Below, in pieces: positions 1 through 11,400 of a stretch of 64,000 nucleotides of DNA (position 1 is the first letter of the stretch; the number at the start of each line of letters is the position of its first letter). This stretch comes from Protoeuglena noctilucae. Lineage: Eukaryota. The position numbers were made by a program, and so were the translations under genes. The notes beneath the pieces are model-generated. The model ran no database searches. It was not told where the DNA came from and saw nothing but the letters and a program-made list of their open reading frames with translations. The stretch spans positions 620,001 to 684,000 of the forward strand of contig OY253682.1 of the NCBI GenBank assembly GCA_958009085.1. Direction: 5' to 3'.

Positions 1-1226
1 ACCCGACGGTGGCGGCATAGGCGCTCCCTGCCAGCACATCCAGCGAGCCGTTGGTGGCGTCCAAGGCCGCGAGTAGGGGGTCGCCGGCAATGCGCACCAC
101 CACCTCGGGGGCGGTCGTGGATGGGAGGGAAGGGAAGGACCCGTCGTTGGGGGCGGGGAGCGCCAGCCATCGCACGGGACTCCACCGGGTTGTCGGGTCG
201 CAGCCCACACGCGCGACTGCGCCAGAGTCCCAGGCCGGCGCTGGGTCTGCACTGGGGTCCACGGCGGCGCCCGTCACTGGGCTCCGGAAGCGGCCCTGCC
301 CCGGGTCATACACCCCGCATATGTCGTGGGCGAGACGGTACGTTGTGCACATGCCAGATGAAGCGTATCCCTGCCTCTGATAGACGCAGTGCTTCCAGTT
401 CGAGTCGCCCACCTCCTCTTGCATCACCAGGGCCAACCGGAGGAACGCGGCCCGGCCCGACCCATCCGCGCGCTCCAGGGCCAGCGACATGTCGGTGTCG
501 GATAGCCACGAGGCGTCATCGGCGGTCGGCGGCTCGCCCTGCACGCACGGTGGGGTCAAAAACACGTCAGCATGCACCCCAAACCCGCATGTTTACAGAC
601 TGCATCTGGCAGCTGCGGCAGACCTTGGCAGCTCGGGCGTCGTCCACCGCCTGCAGCAGCGTCGTCGACCCTGTCGACAGGTAAACCTCCGTGTAGGTGA
701 CCTTGGATATCGACGGCAACGGGTCGGCACCCTCGTTGACCACCACCTCCAGCGGTACCTGCACCCTCTCTCGCCGGCCGTCCCGGGCGTCGGTGTACTC
801 CACGCTCAGCGTGAGCACGCACGAGGTGACCTCCACGCAGAGCTGCTCTTTGATGGACGGCGTGGCACGAGCCCAGGCGGACACGGCTGCCTCGTAGCGA
901 TGGGCGATGCGTTGCGCGTGTCGCTGGACTGCAGCTTGAGACTGCGGGCGCGAGCCGGGCAGCTTTCGCAACAAAACTACCGCTGTGAATGCAAAAAGGC
1001 AGCGCCTGCGCGGGCTTACCAGGAAAAGTCCACCGATGGCGAGGGAGGACACCGACGCTGCCAAATATGCCGTGAGGAAGCCCCCCGTCGCTGCCTGGGA
1101 CTCCGTGACGCTACGTCGCGTGCCACCGCCACTCTCCAGGTCAGAAATGCCCGAAGACTGCCCTCTGCGCCCGTCGATGTTGCGCGCGTAGGGCGAAGGG
1201 CGCCCTAACCGCTTGTCGTCGGCCAT
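1..1226 (-). CDS. Hypothetical protein with one N-terminal transmembrane segment; multi-exon, runs off the window start
   Basis: ATG at 1226 (MADDKRLGRPSPY...), hydrophobic stretch FLTAYLAASVSSLAIGGLFL followed by a GTAAGC donor, then further protein-like exons. No family recognised. Confidence 0.5.
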
Positions 1227-1432
1227 GACGACGGCGCGACTGCCCCGCCATTCCTCTAAGGTGTGTTGTGGCCCTGTACATGCAAGCTCCTGCATCGTTG
1301 TCGCATGGGGGGTCGATGGCTCTGGCATGAAAACCCTGCTAGAAAACAAGCGGGGGGGTGTTCTTCCGAGTCCAAATGCGCACCACAGTGCGCGTGCATG
1401 CCCAAGGTCCCCCTCGCACGCTGCCAGCAGCC

Positions 1433-1964
1433 ATGCAGGCCACCACGTCAGTCTCATCCGCATGCGTTCCTCGCCCTCCATCATCGCAGCGTCCAAATGC
1501 GGGCGCGGCGTCCAGTGCTTGCTGCTGTACGGGGTCGCGAACGCCGCAACTCAGGGCGCGTGTGCTTACACGGGCGAACGGCGATGAGGAGCGCGATTTC
1601 TGGCAAGGAGTAAACTGGATGACGCTGCTTCCCCGCCTGCCCTTGTCGATTCGCGATTCGCAATCTCCCATCGACAAGCGCAGGGAGGGAGAGCAGTTTG
1701 AGATGGTCGGCAAGGTGTTTTACTACTTCGTCCCGATCCTGGCCGCCCTCGGCCTGGTCGTCGGCGCTGTCGCGTCCCAGACGTACAACACGGGGGCTGA
1801 TGTCTTCATCAAGGTGCCCAGCGTCATTGCGACCCACAGCGCGCAAAGCATAGCAGCGCTTTGCCTCAAGTCTTCAGCTCAGCAGCGCCTGGATCCCTCC
1901 GCAGAGCGCAACAAGCGACGACAGCTCTGCGCTGCTGATTCCAGCAAAGGATCTGCTCCAATGA
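1433..1964 (+). CDS. Small, probably plastid-targeted single-TM protein (3 exons)
   Basis: Ser/Arg/Ala-rich presequence, then DFW|EGEQFEMVGKVFYYFVPILAALGLVVGAVASQTYNTGADVFIK|SATSDDSSALLIPAKDLLQ*. The first intron (1603-1683) is GC-AG. Confidence 0.6.
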
Positions 1965-2013
1965 CGAGCTCAATCACAAGCACCGCTAGGCATATACAGA
2001 AGCGCGTCTGGTT

Positions 2014-3765
2014 CTACCAGCGTATGGCCTTCGCTGCCTTTCTTGCCACATATCGGGCTGCCACGATGCCCCCCGACCCCAAGAGTCCCGCCAGGGCCTG
2101 CCGAACGCTGGAGCGGCGGACTGTGCTGGCGATGGCGTGCCTCACGCACGCCTGGCCCGAGTTGCTGCGAGGGACGTGCGGCCGGGGTGACGTGGATTCC
2201 CCTCCCGATAGCCAACACACGCACCAGCCCTAGCCTCATGCACGCTGGCCGTTGAACTCGCCTGGCATCCGCCGCACGGTCAGCAATGCGCTGCACGTCG
2301 TGCATTCCAAGAAAGGCTCGCCCGAGCGTCTCGTCCAAAAGCCGAGGGATCGAGGACCCCTGCGCTGCCCCCGCCCCCGCCTCCGCCACCAGGTCTCGCG
2401 CCATGCTCAGAGGCACGTCGGAAAGAGGGGGCCCGGCCGCAGGGACGGGCACTCCCAGCCGCCGCGCCAGTCGAGCGAGGATGCCCGGGGGCAGACACCC
2501 GATGAGCTTGGCGGTCGCGGCACGGCCCCCGCTCCGCACGAACGCAGGTTGTGAGGCTTCCCGCGGCCCCGCTTCGCCGCCGCTCCTGGCCTCCGCGGGT
2601 CGGAGGAGCTGCCACTCGAACGCCTGCCGCAGGTACGGCGCGTACTCCTCCCTCAGCCTCCCCAAACTGCCACGCACGATGCGCGACACCTTGCGGCTGT
2701 CCTCTGCGATGCCCACGCGGATGTCGCCGAGGTAGCTGCAGGCTCGGAACAAAGAGCGCAGGAAGTGAGCGGCTGCTCGCCAAACAAGTCCAGGACTGCT
2801 AATCTGTGGCTTCTAAGAGCGCACACAAGTGGGCCATTCGACAATTCATGCCCTGACGGCCCCTGCAGCGCGGCTGTCGTCTCGCCTGAGCCCCACCACT
2901 TCACGGAAAACGTGCTCCTCTGACACGGGCCCCTCCGGCAGCAGCAGCAGGGCCGCCACGAGAGCCTTCGCCCGGTTGACCTCAATGGCCCCGCGAATGA
3001 GCCCACTTGGGGCGTTCCCGTCCTCTGCCGAGCTTGGTTGCAAGAAGTGGACCTGCGAGCACGAGCGCACATGTGCTGTGCAGGGAGCAAAGCCATGGTG
3101 GCGTGGACGGCCATCGACCTGGTGCCGTCTCTCACCGGCTTTTGCAGCCGTCCCGCCAGAAACATCGAGTCCCAGGTGAGGCAGTCGGAGACCACGGCAG
3201 CATCGGTAGCAGCGCCGTACTTGAGGAGGCCACGCCGGCCGGCGGAGAAAGTGAAGGGCACCATGCTGTTGTACAGCACACCTGCGCCGAGATAGGACCC
3301 GAGGCGGGCGGCCCACCTGGGCCCCGCGGTGCGCAGGGCCCAGGAGTAGTGGCTAGGGTTGCGCTCCATGTTGGACCTGGGGGCGGCATGGGCGGGGTGC
3401 ATGGCTGTTGCGGCAGCCAGTGACGAGTTGGCATGATGTGAGAGGATCGGGATGGCAAGCGATGGCAACCACCGCACCTGTGCCACGCCTCCGCATCGTC
3501 GCCGACCGCCACGAGGAAATCCAGCATAGGCTCCTGCGACACAGTCACGGAGAAACTCGATTGGCATCGCTGCATGGGCGCCCCTGCCGGGATCGGCGCT
3601 TGGCGCGGCGGCAGACGCGGGACGCCCGGGACGCACCTCCCCCGCGTCGGCGGCGTACAGTCCTGGCTGGGAGAAAACGCCCGAGCCATAGGCTATCGTG
3701 AGAGATGACGCGGGGAGCGCATCGGCCACCTCCCGAAGCTCATCCGCTCTCGTGGAGGCTGGCAT
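2014..3765 (-). CDS. TAM41: Mitochondrial phosphatidate cytidylyltransferase (Tam41/Mmp37 family), multi-exon
   Basis: Motifs AYGSGVFSQ, MLDFLVAV, NMERNPSHYS, LLKYG, DCLTWDSMFLAGRLQKPV, SYLGDIR..AED..KV..IV and C-terminal VRRSSVRQALAGLLGSG. Alternative start at 3822. Confidence 0.93.
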
Positions 3766-4456
3766 ACACGACTCGGGGTCTTGAACCGCATGCCTGAGGC
3801 CCGAGACGGGCGATGAGAGCATGACCAGCGCCGAAGATAATCAAAGCACGCACTCCTCTTTGCCCACAAGCGCACGTGGCAAACTCTCAGCGCAGCTTCA
3901 GCTCAGCCCAGGCGAAACAATCCACGAGCGCAGGGTCAGCTGGGTGACACCGCTTTCCTCAAACCCTTGAGCACCAACAAGTGGACGTGAGTCCCCGCGG
4001 CGATGCTAAGAGGCACGGCAGTGCCGGTCTCGCTGTCACGGCTAGGGTCTGGCGGCTAGGGTCTGGCGCGCCATCAGCGGCCGGCGCGACATAGCGTGCC
4101 ATGAGCGCATTTCACGTTCATGACAAGTAGTGGCGAACGGATCAGGCGTCGGAGCTTGTCGCTGGTGCTCGGAGCACCCCGCGTGCTGCAGTCTCAGGCA
4201 CGCGGGACCTTCTAGGCCTTTTGACCGTGCTGCAGAAAGCGCTCTTATGCACCCTGCACAGTGCTGAGCCAGGTTTCCCCTCGTGGACCTTCTTTGGCTG
4301 GAGTGCGAGAGGTGACCGAGCGCGACGACGCCGATGGCCCTGTGCAGGCCTCCCTTGCGTTCTTCTCTTCCAGTACTGCCTTGCTGCTCTGATGCATGAA
4401 GACCTTGGGCGATAGCGCGACCCTCAAGACTGCTTCCGACATCTGCGCAGGGCGCG

Positions 4457-7400
4457 ATGGCCCCCGACGCGCACAGCGCGGGCGAGGAGCCCCGAGTCGC
4501 TTCCAGGACTCTGAAAAAGGTCGGAGAAGGTTTGTCTACCTCGTCGCTCCTTCCCTCTCGCCCGTACAGCGGTGCGGCGCGCGGACATGTCGCCAAGGAC
4601 GCGGCGGCCCCTCCCGCGGACCCCTCGCCTTACTACACCAGCATCTACAGCGAGTCATACAATAACAGTCGCCTGCGCGACATGATGTACTCGAAGCGGG
4701 ACGTGCCGCGCCCGTCCGAGCGCTACGGCCGCAAGCTCGCGACCACCGACGCTCAGCTGTCCCACCTCGCGGGGGACACGCCGAGCACGGAGGAGCAGCA
4801 GGGAGATGCGCCTCCTCCGAAGCGCGGTCGCGGCAAGCGCACGGTGTCGGGAAACCTCGCGTACCTCGACAAGGCGTTGACGACCCTGGGGACTTCCCTG
4901 GACAGCGCGGAGGAGATCGTGGCGCACAAGGTGGGCGTGTCGCTGCCGCCGACGGAGGAGCCCGCCGTGTATGCGGCGCCCCACTACGCATCCACGCGCC
5001 TGACGGGCGCCGTGGGCACCCCGGGCCCCTACGGTCCCAAGGATGGCACGGTCGTGGCCCCCTGGACCCGGCCCACGGCGCTCCCGTGGAAGAACCCCGC
5101 TCGCATCCGCACGACCAAGGAGCACCTCGTTGCTGCCGAGGAAGGGTTGTCTCCCGAGGTGCGACGCGGGTGGTGCGCGACAGAGCTTCCTGGCTGTAAC
5201 AGTGGCCTTCAGTCGCCCGCGTGCACCCAGCCTTGCAGTTCGTATAGTACTTTATGCGAGTGGCCATTCCCGCTCCCGCAGGTGCCGTCTCTGGTCGCCA
5301 CTGGGGACTTGGCGGATGCCGCCGCCCCACTCTCGCGCACCCTCCCGGGCGCCCGGCGCGTCCTGGGTGACTTGGTGCCCGGGTCAGAGACGGACGCGGG
5401 GGACGAGGCGGGAGCGTCCGACAGCGCCCTCGTCCCCACGGCCCGCCGGGTGCGGCACGGCGCTCACGCGGCCCCGCCGGCCGGGCACCCACCCCGCGGC
5501 GACCGCCCCGTCGACTCCCGGGTGTCCCTTCCCATGGGAGAGATGAACCGCAAGCCGCTGGGCCCGTCTCCGCCCGGACCGGTGCCCTTCGAGCATCTGC
5601 GCAGCGCGCACCGCCCCCCGCTGTCCACCACGCAGGCGCGACAGCAAGCGGCGCTGTACGCTCCGTCGCCCGCCGCGCCCTCGTCGCTGCGCGAGTGGGT
5701 CGAGGACGCGGCGCGGTCGGTGCAGGCTGGGCCCGTGGGGGACCCAGCAGCGCCCGCCACCGGCAGCCGGCCGGCATCGCAGCCTGGCCCGGCCAGCCGG
5801 GGGGGTCTCCAAGCGACCCTGTCGTTGCTGCAGAGAGAGGAGCAGGCCAACGCGCGCATGTTCGGCGGTGGTGACAGCCGGCCGGGCACCTCTGCTTCGC
5901 GCGTGGGTGCGACACTCTCCCGGACACAGGCGAGGGCGCCACACCGGCACTGAGAGGGGCTGTCAGGTCCTCGCAAAGTCACGAATGCATGCTTTATGGT
6001 GCAATGTTATGTTCAAGACGTCCTACTTTAAATGACATGCAGCTTGCACGACATCGACGAGCTCGCTTCACCCACTCACACCTCGTCTCCCTGCCACCCC
6101 CGCAGTCCAAGCCCCCCTCGCTGCCAGGCGGCCCGGGCACGCCATCCATCCACAGCCGCCCCGCCACGCCCGCGGCGCCTCCCCAGGACCGCCCCGCCAC
6201 GCCCGCACCCCAGGACGCTCGCCCGGGAACTGCTGCAAGTGCTACCGCGGGTGCCGGGCCCCACGCACGCCCTCCCTCCCGGGCCCGTCCGCTGAACGAG
6301 GCGCCGTCCGCGCGGGCGTTCCGTGGGATGAAGCCCAGCATGCAGGCAGCTGCAGAGAAGCCCGAGCTGCTGGTGCTGTCCAGGCCCAGCACGGCACCCC
6401 CGCCCAACGCTCACATGCCCGTGGGCCACTTGCGTCACGACATCATGGCCCACACCTGGCGCCCCTCCAACCACTGGCTGCACCCCGCCTACACGAACGG
6501 GTTTCTCGCACCCCTGCCAGCCACCCCGGAGGCCGCGGGGCAGGAGGCATTGCTGACTGGCATGACCGGGCGAGTGCTCGCCACGCCAGGGGCAGCCCGG
6601 CCGGTGACGGTGGGGTCGCTGCTACGTGGCGCGTCGGCGCAGGGCCGGGACGGAGAGGTGGCGCAGGGGGCTTTCGAGGTCTCTGCGGAGGGTGTCAGGG
6701 GCGAGAGTGGGGCAGAGGCGGGGGAGGGTGAGGGTGGGGACGCGACGGGGGCGGGTGCCGGGGCCAAGGGGGCCTACGAGGGGTGGCAGGAGGAGCGGAG
6801 GAAGGACCAGAGCCTTGTGGCGGACATCACGCAGGGGGTCTCGACGCAGCGCTTTGGGACGATGGGCAAGGCGTATGGGGAGAAGTTCGACGGGTATGAC
6901 CGCGAGCACATGTGGGGCGGTGGGGACCCCCGGACGGGCATGGCGCCTCCCCGTGACGCCTATCGGTGAGAGGCCGGTGCCTGGGGTGTGGTTGCGGCTG
7001 CTCTTGCCACATGTCACTCCCCTCTGCGTGTATATCGCTCTCGTCTCACCACACGCTGCTATCTATCCTCACGTACCATCCTGCCCACAGGGAGGAGGCC
7101 GTGGTGCACGAGTACAACGACGCGGTGCGGATCCTCAAGGACAAACTGGAGACGTACGGGCGGCTGTCCTTTTTGCACCCTTTCGAGGCCCGAGGCACCA
7201 TGTCGGGGGGCCTGGGGTTCGCGGAGCTGCGGGGGGCGCTGGAGGCGATTAACCTGGGGAACGTGAGCGACGCGACGGTGCTGGCAATCATGGCGCGGCT
7301 GGGGCCGGGGCCGGGGGACCGGGTGGACTGCCGGGCGCTGGCAGACGCGCTGGCGTGGGACAAGCTCGACTTTGCGCCGCTGCCCCGGCGCTGCACGCGG

Positions 7401-8015
7401 CGGCGCGCGGGCCCGGACGGCGCGGCGCCGTTCGGGGGGTCCACGATGCCCGGGCACCCCTGGGGGACGCTCCCGGACGCCTCCGCGAACGTCCGCGGCA
7501 TGTCGCGCGCCGTGGCGCAGCGCTTCGTGACTCTCGACGCCATTTTCCACCAGATGGACCCGAATGGCACGGGCCGCCTGCCCCGCCCGGCGTTCGTGCG
7601 CGCCATGCGGGAGCTCGACCGCGTGCTCCGCGTCAACCTGAGCGACACGGAGATCGCCAACATCTGCGACGAGGCGGACCCTGAGGGAGAGGGCGAGGTC
7701 GACTACCGCAAGTTCCTGGTGAGGATAGCGGGTGCTTACCAACAGCGGATGCTTATTAGGGAAAGGAGAAACAGGGACTGGGTCCTTGTCAGCCGTACGC
7801 TGCGTGCGTTGGACATTTGGCCGACCATGTGCAGTGGTCGGTGGTCGCTCATGCTTGGATTGGACTGAGTGTCTCCTCTGTGCGTGTCACTGCAGGTGGA
7901 TTACGCCTCGCAGAGGGGCATGGGTGACGCCATGAATATTCCCGAGTTCATGAAACCCCGGTCATACAGGAGCACAGTGATGCGGGCGCCGTGGCTGATC
8001 GGGAGCGAGGCGTAG
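4457..8015 (+). CDS. Large Pro/Ala-rich protein with C-terminal EF-hand pair(s)
   Basis: Long low-complexity exons followed by FHQMDPNGTGRLPRPAF and CDEADPEGEGEVDYRKFL EF-hand loops. The last exon ends PWLIGSEA*. Start uncertain. Confidence 0.7.
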
Positions 8016-8435
8016 CCGTGGTCGAGATGGGGAGCGAGGCGTGGGTGGCAAGGGCTGCTTGTACGAGCGGTGTGTGAGGCCTTAGCACGGGTTTGGTAGA
8101 CTGCATGGGGTTCTTTGTCCACTGTGACCGTGGTTAGGCAGTGAAGCAAGACTCGACGAAAACAGACATGACATCAGGTGCTTCAATAGTCGAATAGGAG
8201 GTTCTCTGTGAGTCGGCGGCAGCCATGGGAAGGGGAGGCACGAGAAGGCACACAAGGCAAGCGACAACAGACCACCGCAGCTGTCAGCGAAACGTCCAGA
8301 CGCGCTCTTTCGGCCACCAAAGCCAGCCACTAGAGGGCTGCACCCCCGCTCTCACAGCAGCACGGCACGCATCCAACGCCCCACCGTGGCTGCGTCGCGG
8401 CCCCTCCCTGTGCTTGTCGATCTGCTCCGCGTTGC

Positions 8436-11400
8436 CTACGCCCTGTGCTCGCCCTTCTGCCTCCGGGTGGTGGCCCACAGGAAGACCTCTCGCTCGGCCT
8501 CGCTCAGCATGGCAGCGCAGTGGGAGAGCATGTTCTCCGGCAAGGTCTCCTTCATGTGCTTCAGCACGAAGCACATTCTCTCCAGCACGTCCTCCTCGGT
8601 GAGCTTCGTGCCCAGGGCCACGGTGCGCACCATGGCGCGGAGGATCTGCGGCACATTCTGGCTGCCCGGGCCCACGATGTGGGGGTTGGACGACTGCGGG
8701 CGGGGGTGGCGGGGCGGGGAGTGAAACATGCCAGGTCAGCAACCGCTCGTGTGCCCCACTGCGCCCCCCCTCAGCAACGGCTCATGTGCCCCGCTCAGCC
8801 CTTATCTCGCCTCCACCATGGGTTGGCATGAACCCAACCCCTCTCATCCCGCCTCTCACCTCCGCCATGCGCCGTCACTAGCCCCTCTGATCCCGCCCCT
8901 CACCTCCGCCATGCGTCGTCACTAGCCCCTCTGATCCCGCCCCTCACCTCCACCATGTGTTGGAATCAGCCCCTCTATTCGGATTCAGCCCCCCTCATCT
9001 CGCCCCTCACCTCCACCATGTGTTGGAACCGCGCGTGGCACTTGCGCGCCTCCGTCTCGTCCACCCGCAGCGGCAGGGAGTCCAGCAGAGCCACGGCAGC
9101 CGTGGCCGCGTCAAAGGCCCCAGGGACCGTGTCAATGTACTTGGCCAGGCAAGACTGCGGGGAGGGGCAAGGGACGGGAAGGAGGTGATAGCAAGAGTAC
9201 GAGGTACGATTGCAGGGACGCGAGAGATGGGGAGGAGGTGGATAGAGTACGAGGCACAGGAAGTAAGGAGAGAGGTGGGTGGCTGGTGACAGACTGCCCC
9301 AGCAACAGTCGATGGCACACACTCTGCCCCTCACCATGGCGTTCTCCGTGGCGTACCCACACCCCCTGCCCCATTAACCCCCACCCCTAGCCATGGCGTT
9401 CTCCATCCTAGTCACACTCATTGCCCCGCTCCTCACCATGGCGTTCTCCGTCGCGTGCCCGTTGTCCTCCGACCGCCCGTCCGCCGCCCCCATCATCGCC
9501 AGGCAGACCTCCGCCACGCGCGGGGCCAGCGCCGCAGCCTTCTCGGGCGCACGCTCCGCGATGAGACCCAGCCCGTACACCGCCGTCTGCCGCAGCCCCG
9601 CGTGGGGCGACCGGCACGCGGCCAGCAGCGCGGGTGCCAATGTCTCGACGTACTTGCCCGCCCCGCCCTCGTAGGAGAACTCCAGGATGTCGTCAAACAC
9701 ACTGGGGGGGGTTGGGGGGGTTGAGGGTGGGGTGGGGGTGGAGGTGGCGGGGCGTGACGTCAAGTGTGGAAGCGAGAGAGTTAACTGTGCCTCTGCGTTG
9801 CCTCAGAAGACCTGCGCACCTGACGCCAACTCCACGTCTCCCTGTATGCTCACGACAGTGTTGTCATGCCCATGCAAGGCCATCAAAGTGTGCTATGCCC
9901 GTCCATGCTCACCAGAGCGCGATGCGCGTCTCCTCGGGCGTCCTGTCCTTCTCCATCAGCCGCGCCACGGTCGGCAGCAGGGGCTCCATGGCCGGCAAGG
10001 CACGCGCCCCCAGGCTCCTCGCCAGCGACCCCATCAGCTCCTGCACCGCGTCCAGCGCCTCTTCCTCCATCTCCTGCTCCTCCTGCAGGGCAAAGGGGTG
10101 CATGGAACGTGCTGTGAGGGCAACCATGCACACCGCAGTGCCTCTCTCATCATGCGTGCTTCAGTCCAGACCAAATCCCAGCGCTCCCCATTCCCACCCC
10201 CACCCCTCACCTGCAGCGCTTCCCTCTCGTCGTCGTCAAAGTCCTCGTGCGCCGTCCTCTGCAGCCGCTCCTTGCGCCGCTCCTCCGCCCCGTCAAAGAC
10301 CACCTGGAGGGTCGGCACCAGCCGGGGGGGGTCCTCCGCGGGCAGCAGCTGCCCCGCAATGTCCAGGATGCTCGCGGCAGCCTGGAGCATGTCCACCCTG
10401 TGGGAGAGTGGCAGGGGCGAGGCGTGGGGCGACACATGGCTGGCGATCGCAGATACGCAGGTACCAGATATGGTTGAAGTAGGCAGGACAAGCAGGGTAT
10501 GGAAGGACGCTGTGTGCGTGGCATCAGCTGCGTGCCTGGCAAGCGCAGGGCGTGCATGGGAGCCGCACGACACAAAGCCTCAGCACAGGGTGCGTCAAGA
10601 CAGCCACACAGCACACAGTGTTCCCGACACACAGCGCCATCCCAGCCATCGCACAGCAACCCCGCCTCCTCACCGCACGTCCGTCTCCGGCTCCCTGCGT
10701 AAGGCCTCGAGCATGGCCGTCCATGACTCGTGGGCCAGGGCGGACAGCCACGGCGCCCCGTGTCCCCCAGGCATGGTGCCCTTCTGGATGGCGTCCCTGG
10801 CCGCCTCGAGCAGCACGGGCACGGAGAGGACGGCGCTGCGGCGGACCTCGTCGTGGAAGTAGAAGTGCTGCGGTGTGGGGAAAGAGGTGAGGGTGGGTGT
10901 GAGGTGTGGGGATGGAAGTGCTGCGGGTGGGGGAGAAGTGAGGGGTGCGGCAGAAGGCAAACATGAAAGCAATGGTTCGGTGCATGGAGGGGGCTGCTAT
11001 GGACTGGGCATAGCACCCATATGGTGCCGCGGATGTTGTGCACTGCCAGCTGTTGTCTCTCACCAGCAGCTTGATCATCCTGGGGGCCGTCGCCTCCACC
11101 CAGGGGGCAAACCCGTCCTTGAGCTCATCCACGTAGCAGTACACTGAGGGGCATGGCAAGGTGGGCCACAATGGACAAGCATGATTGACGAGCAGCATGG
11201 CGGACACTGATGATTGCACAAAGGCAATGCCAGTGGCCAGCTCTCTCCCCATCCCCATCTCACCCATCCAACATCGCTCTCTCACTCACCCATGTTGCAC
11301 GAGGTGGCCAGCTCCTCCATCTCCGTGGTCGACAGCACGATCCTCTTGGCCCCGAGATCGATGACCTCCGCGTCGTCATCCTCGTCCACCTCCTCCTCCT

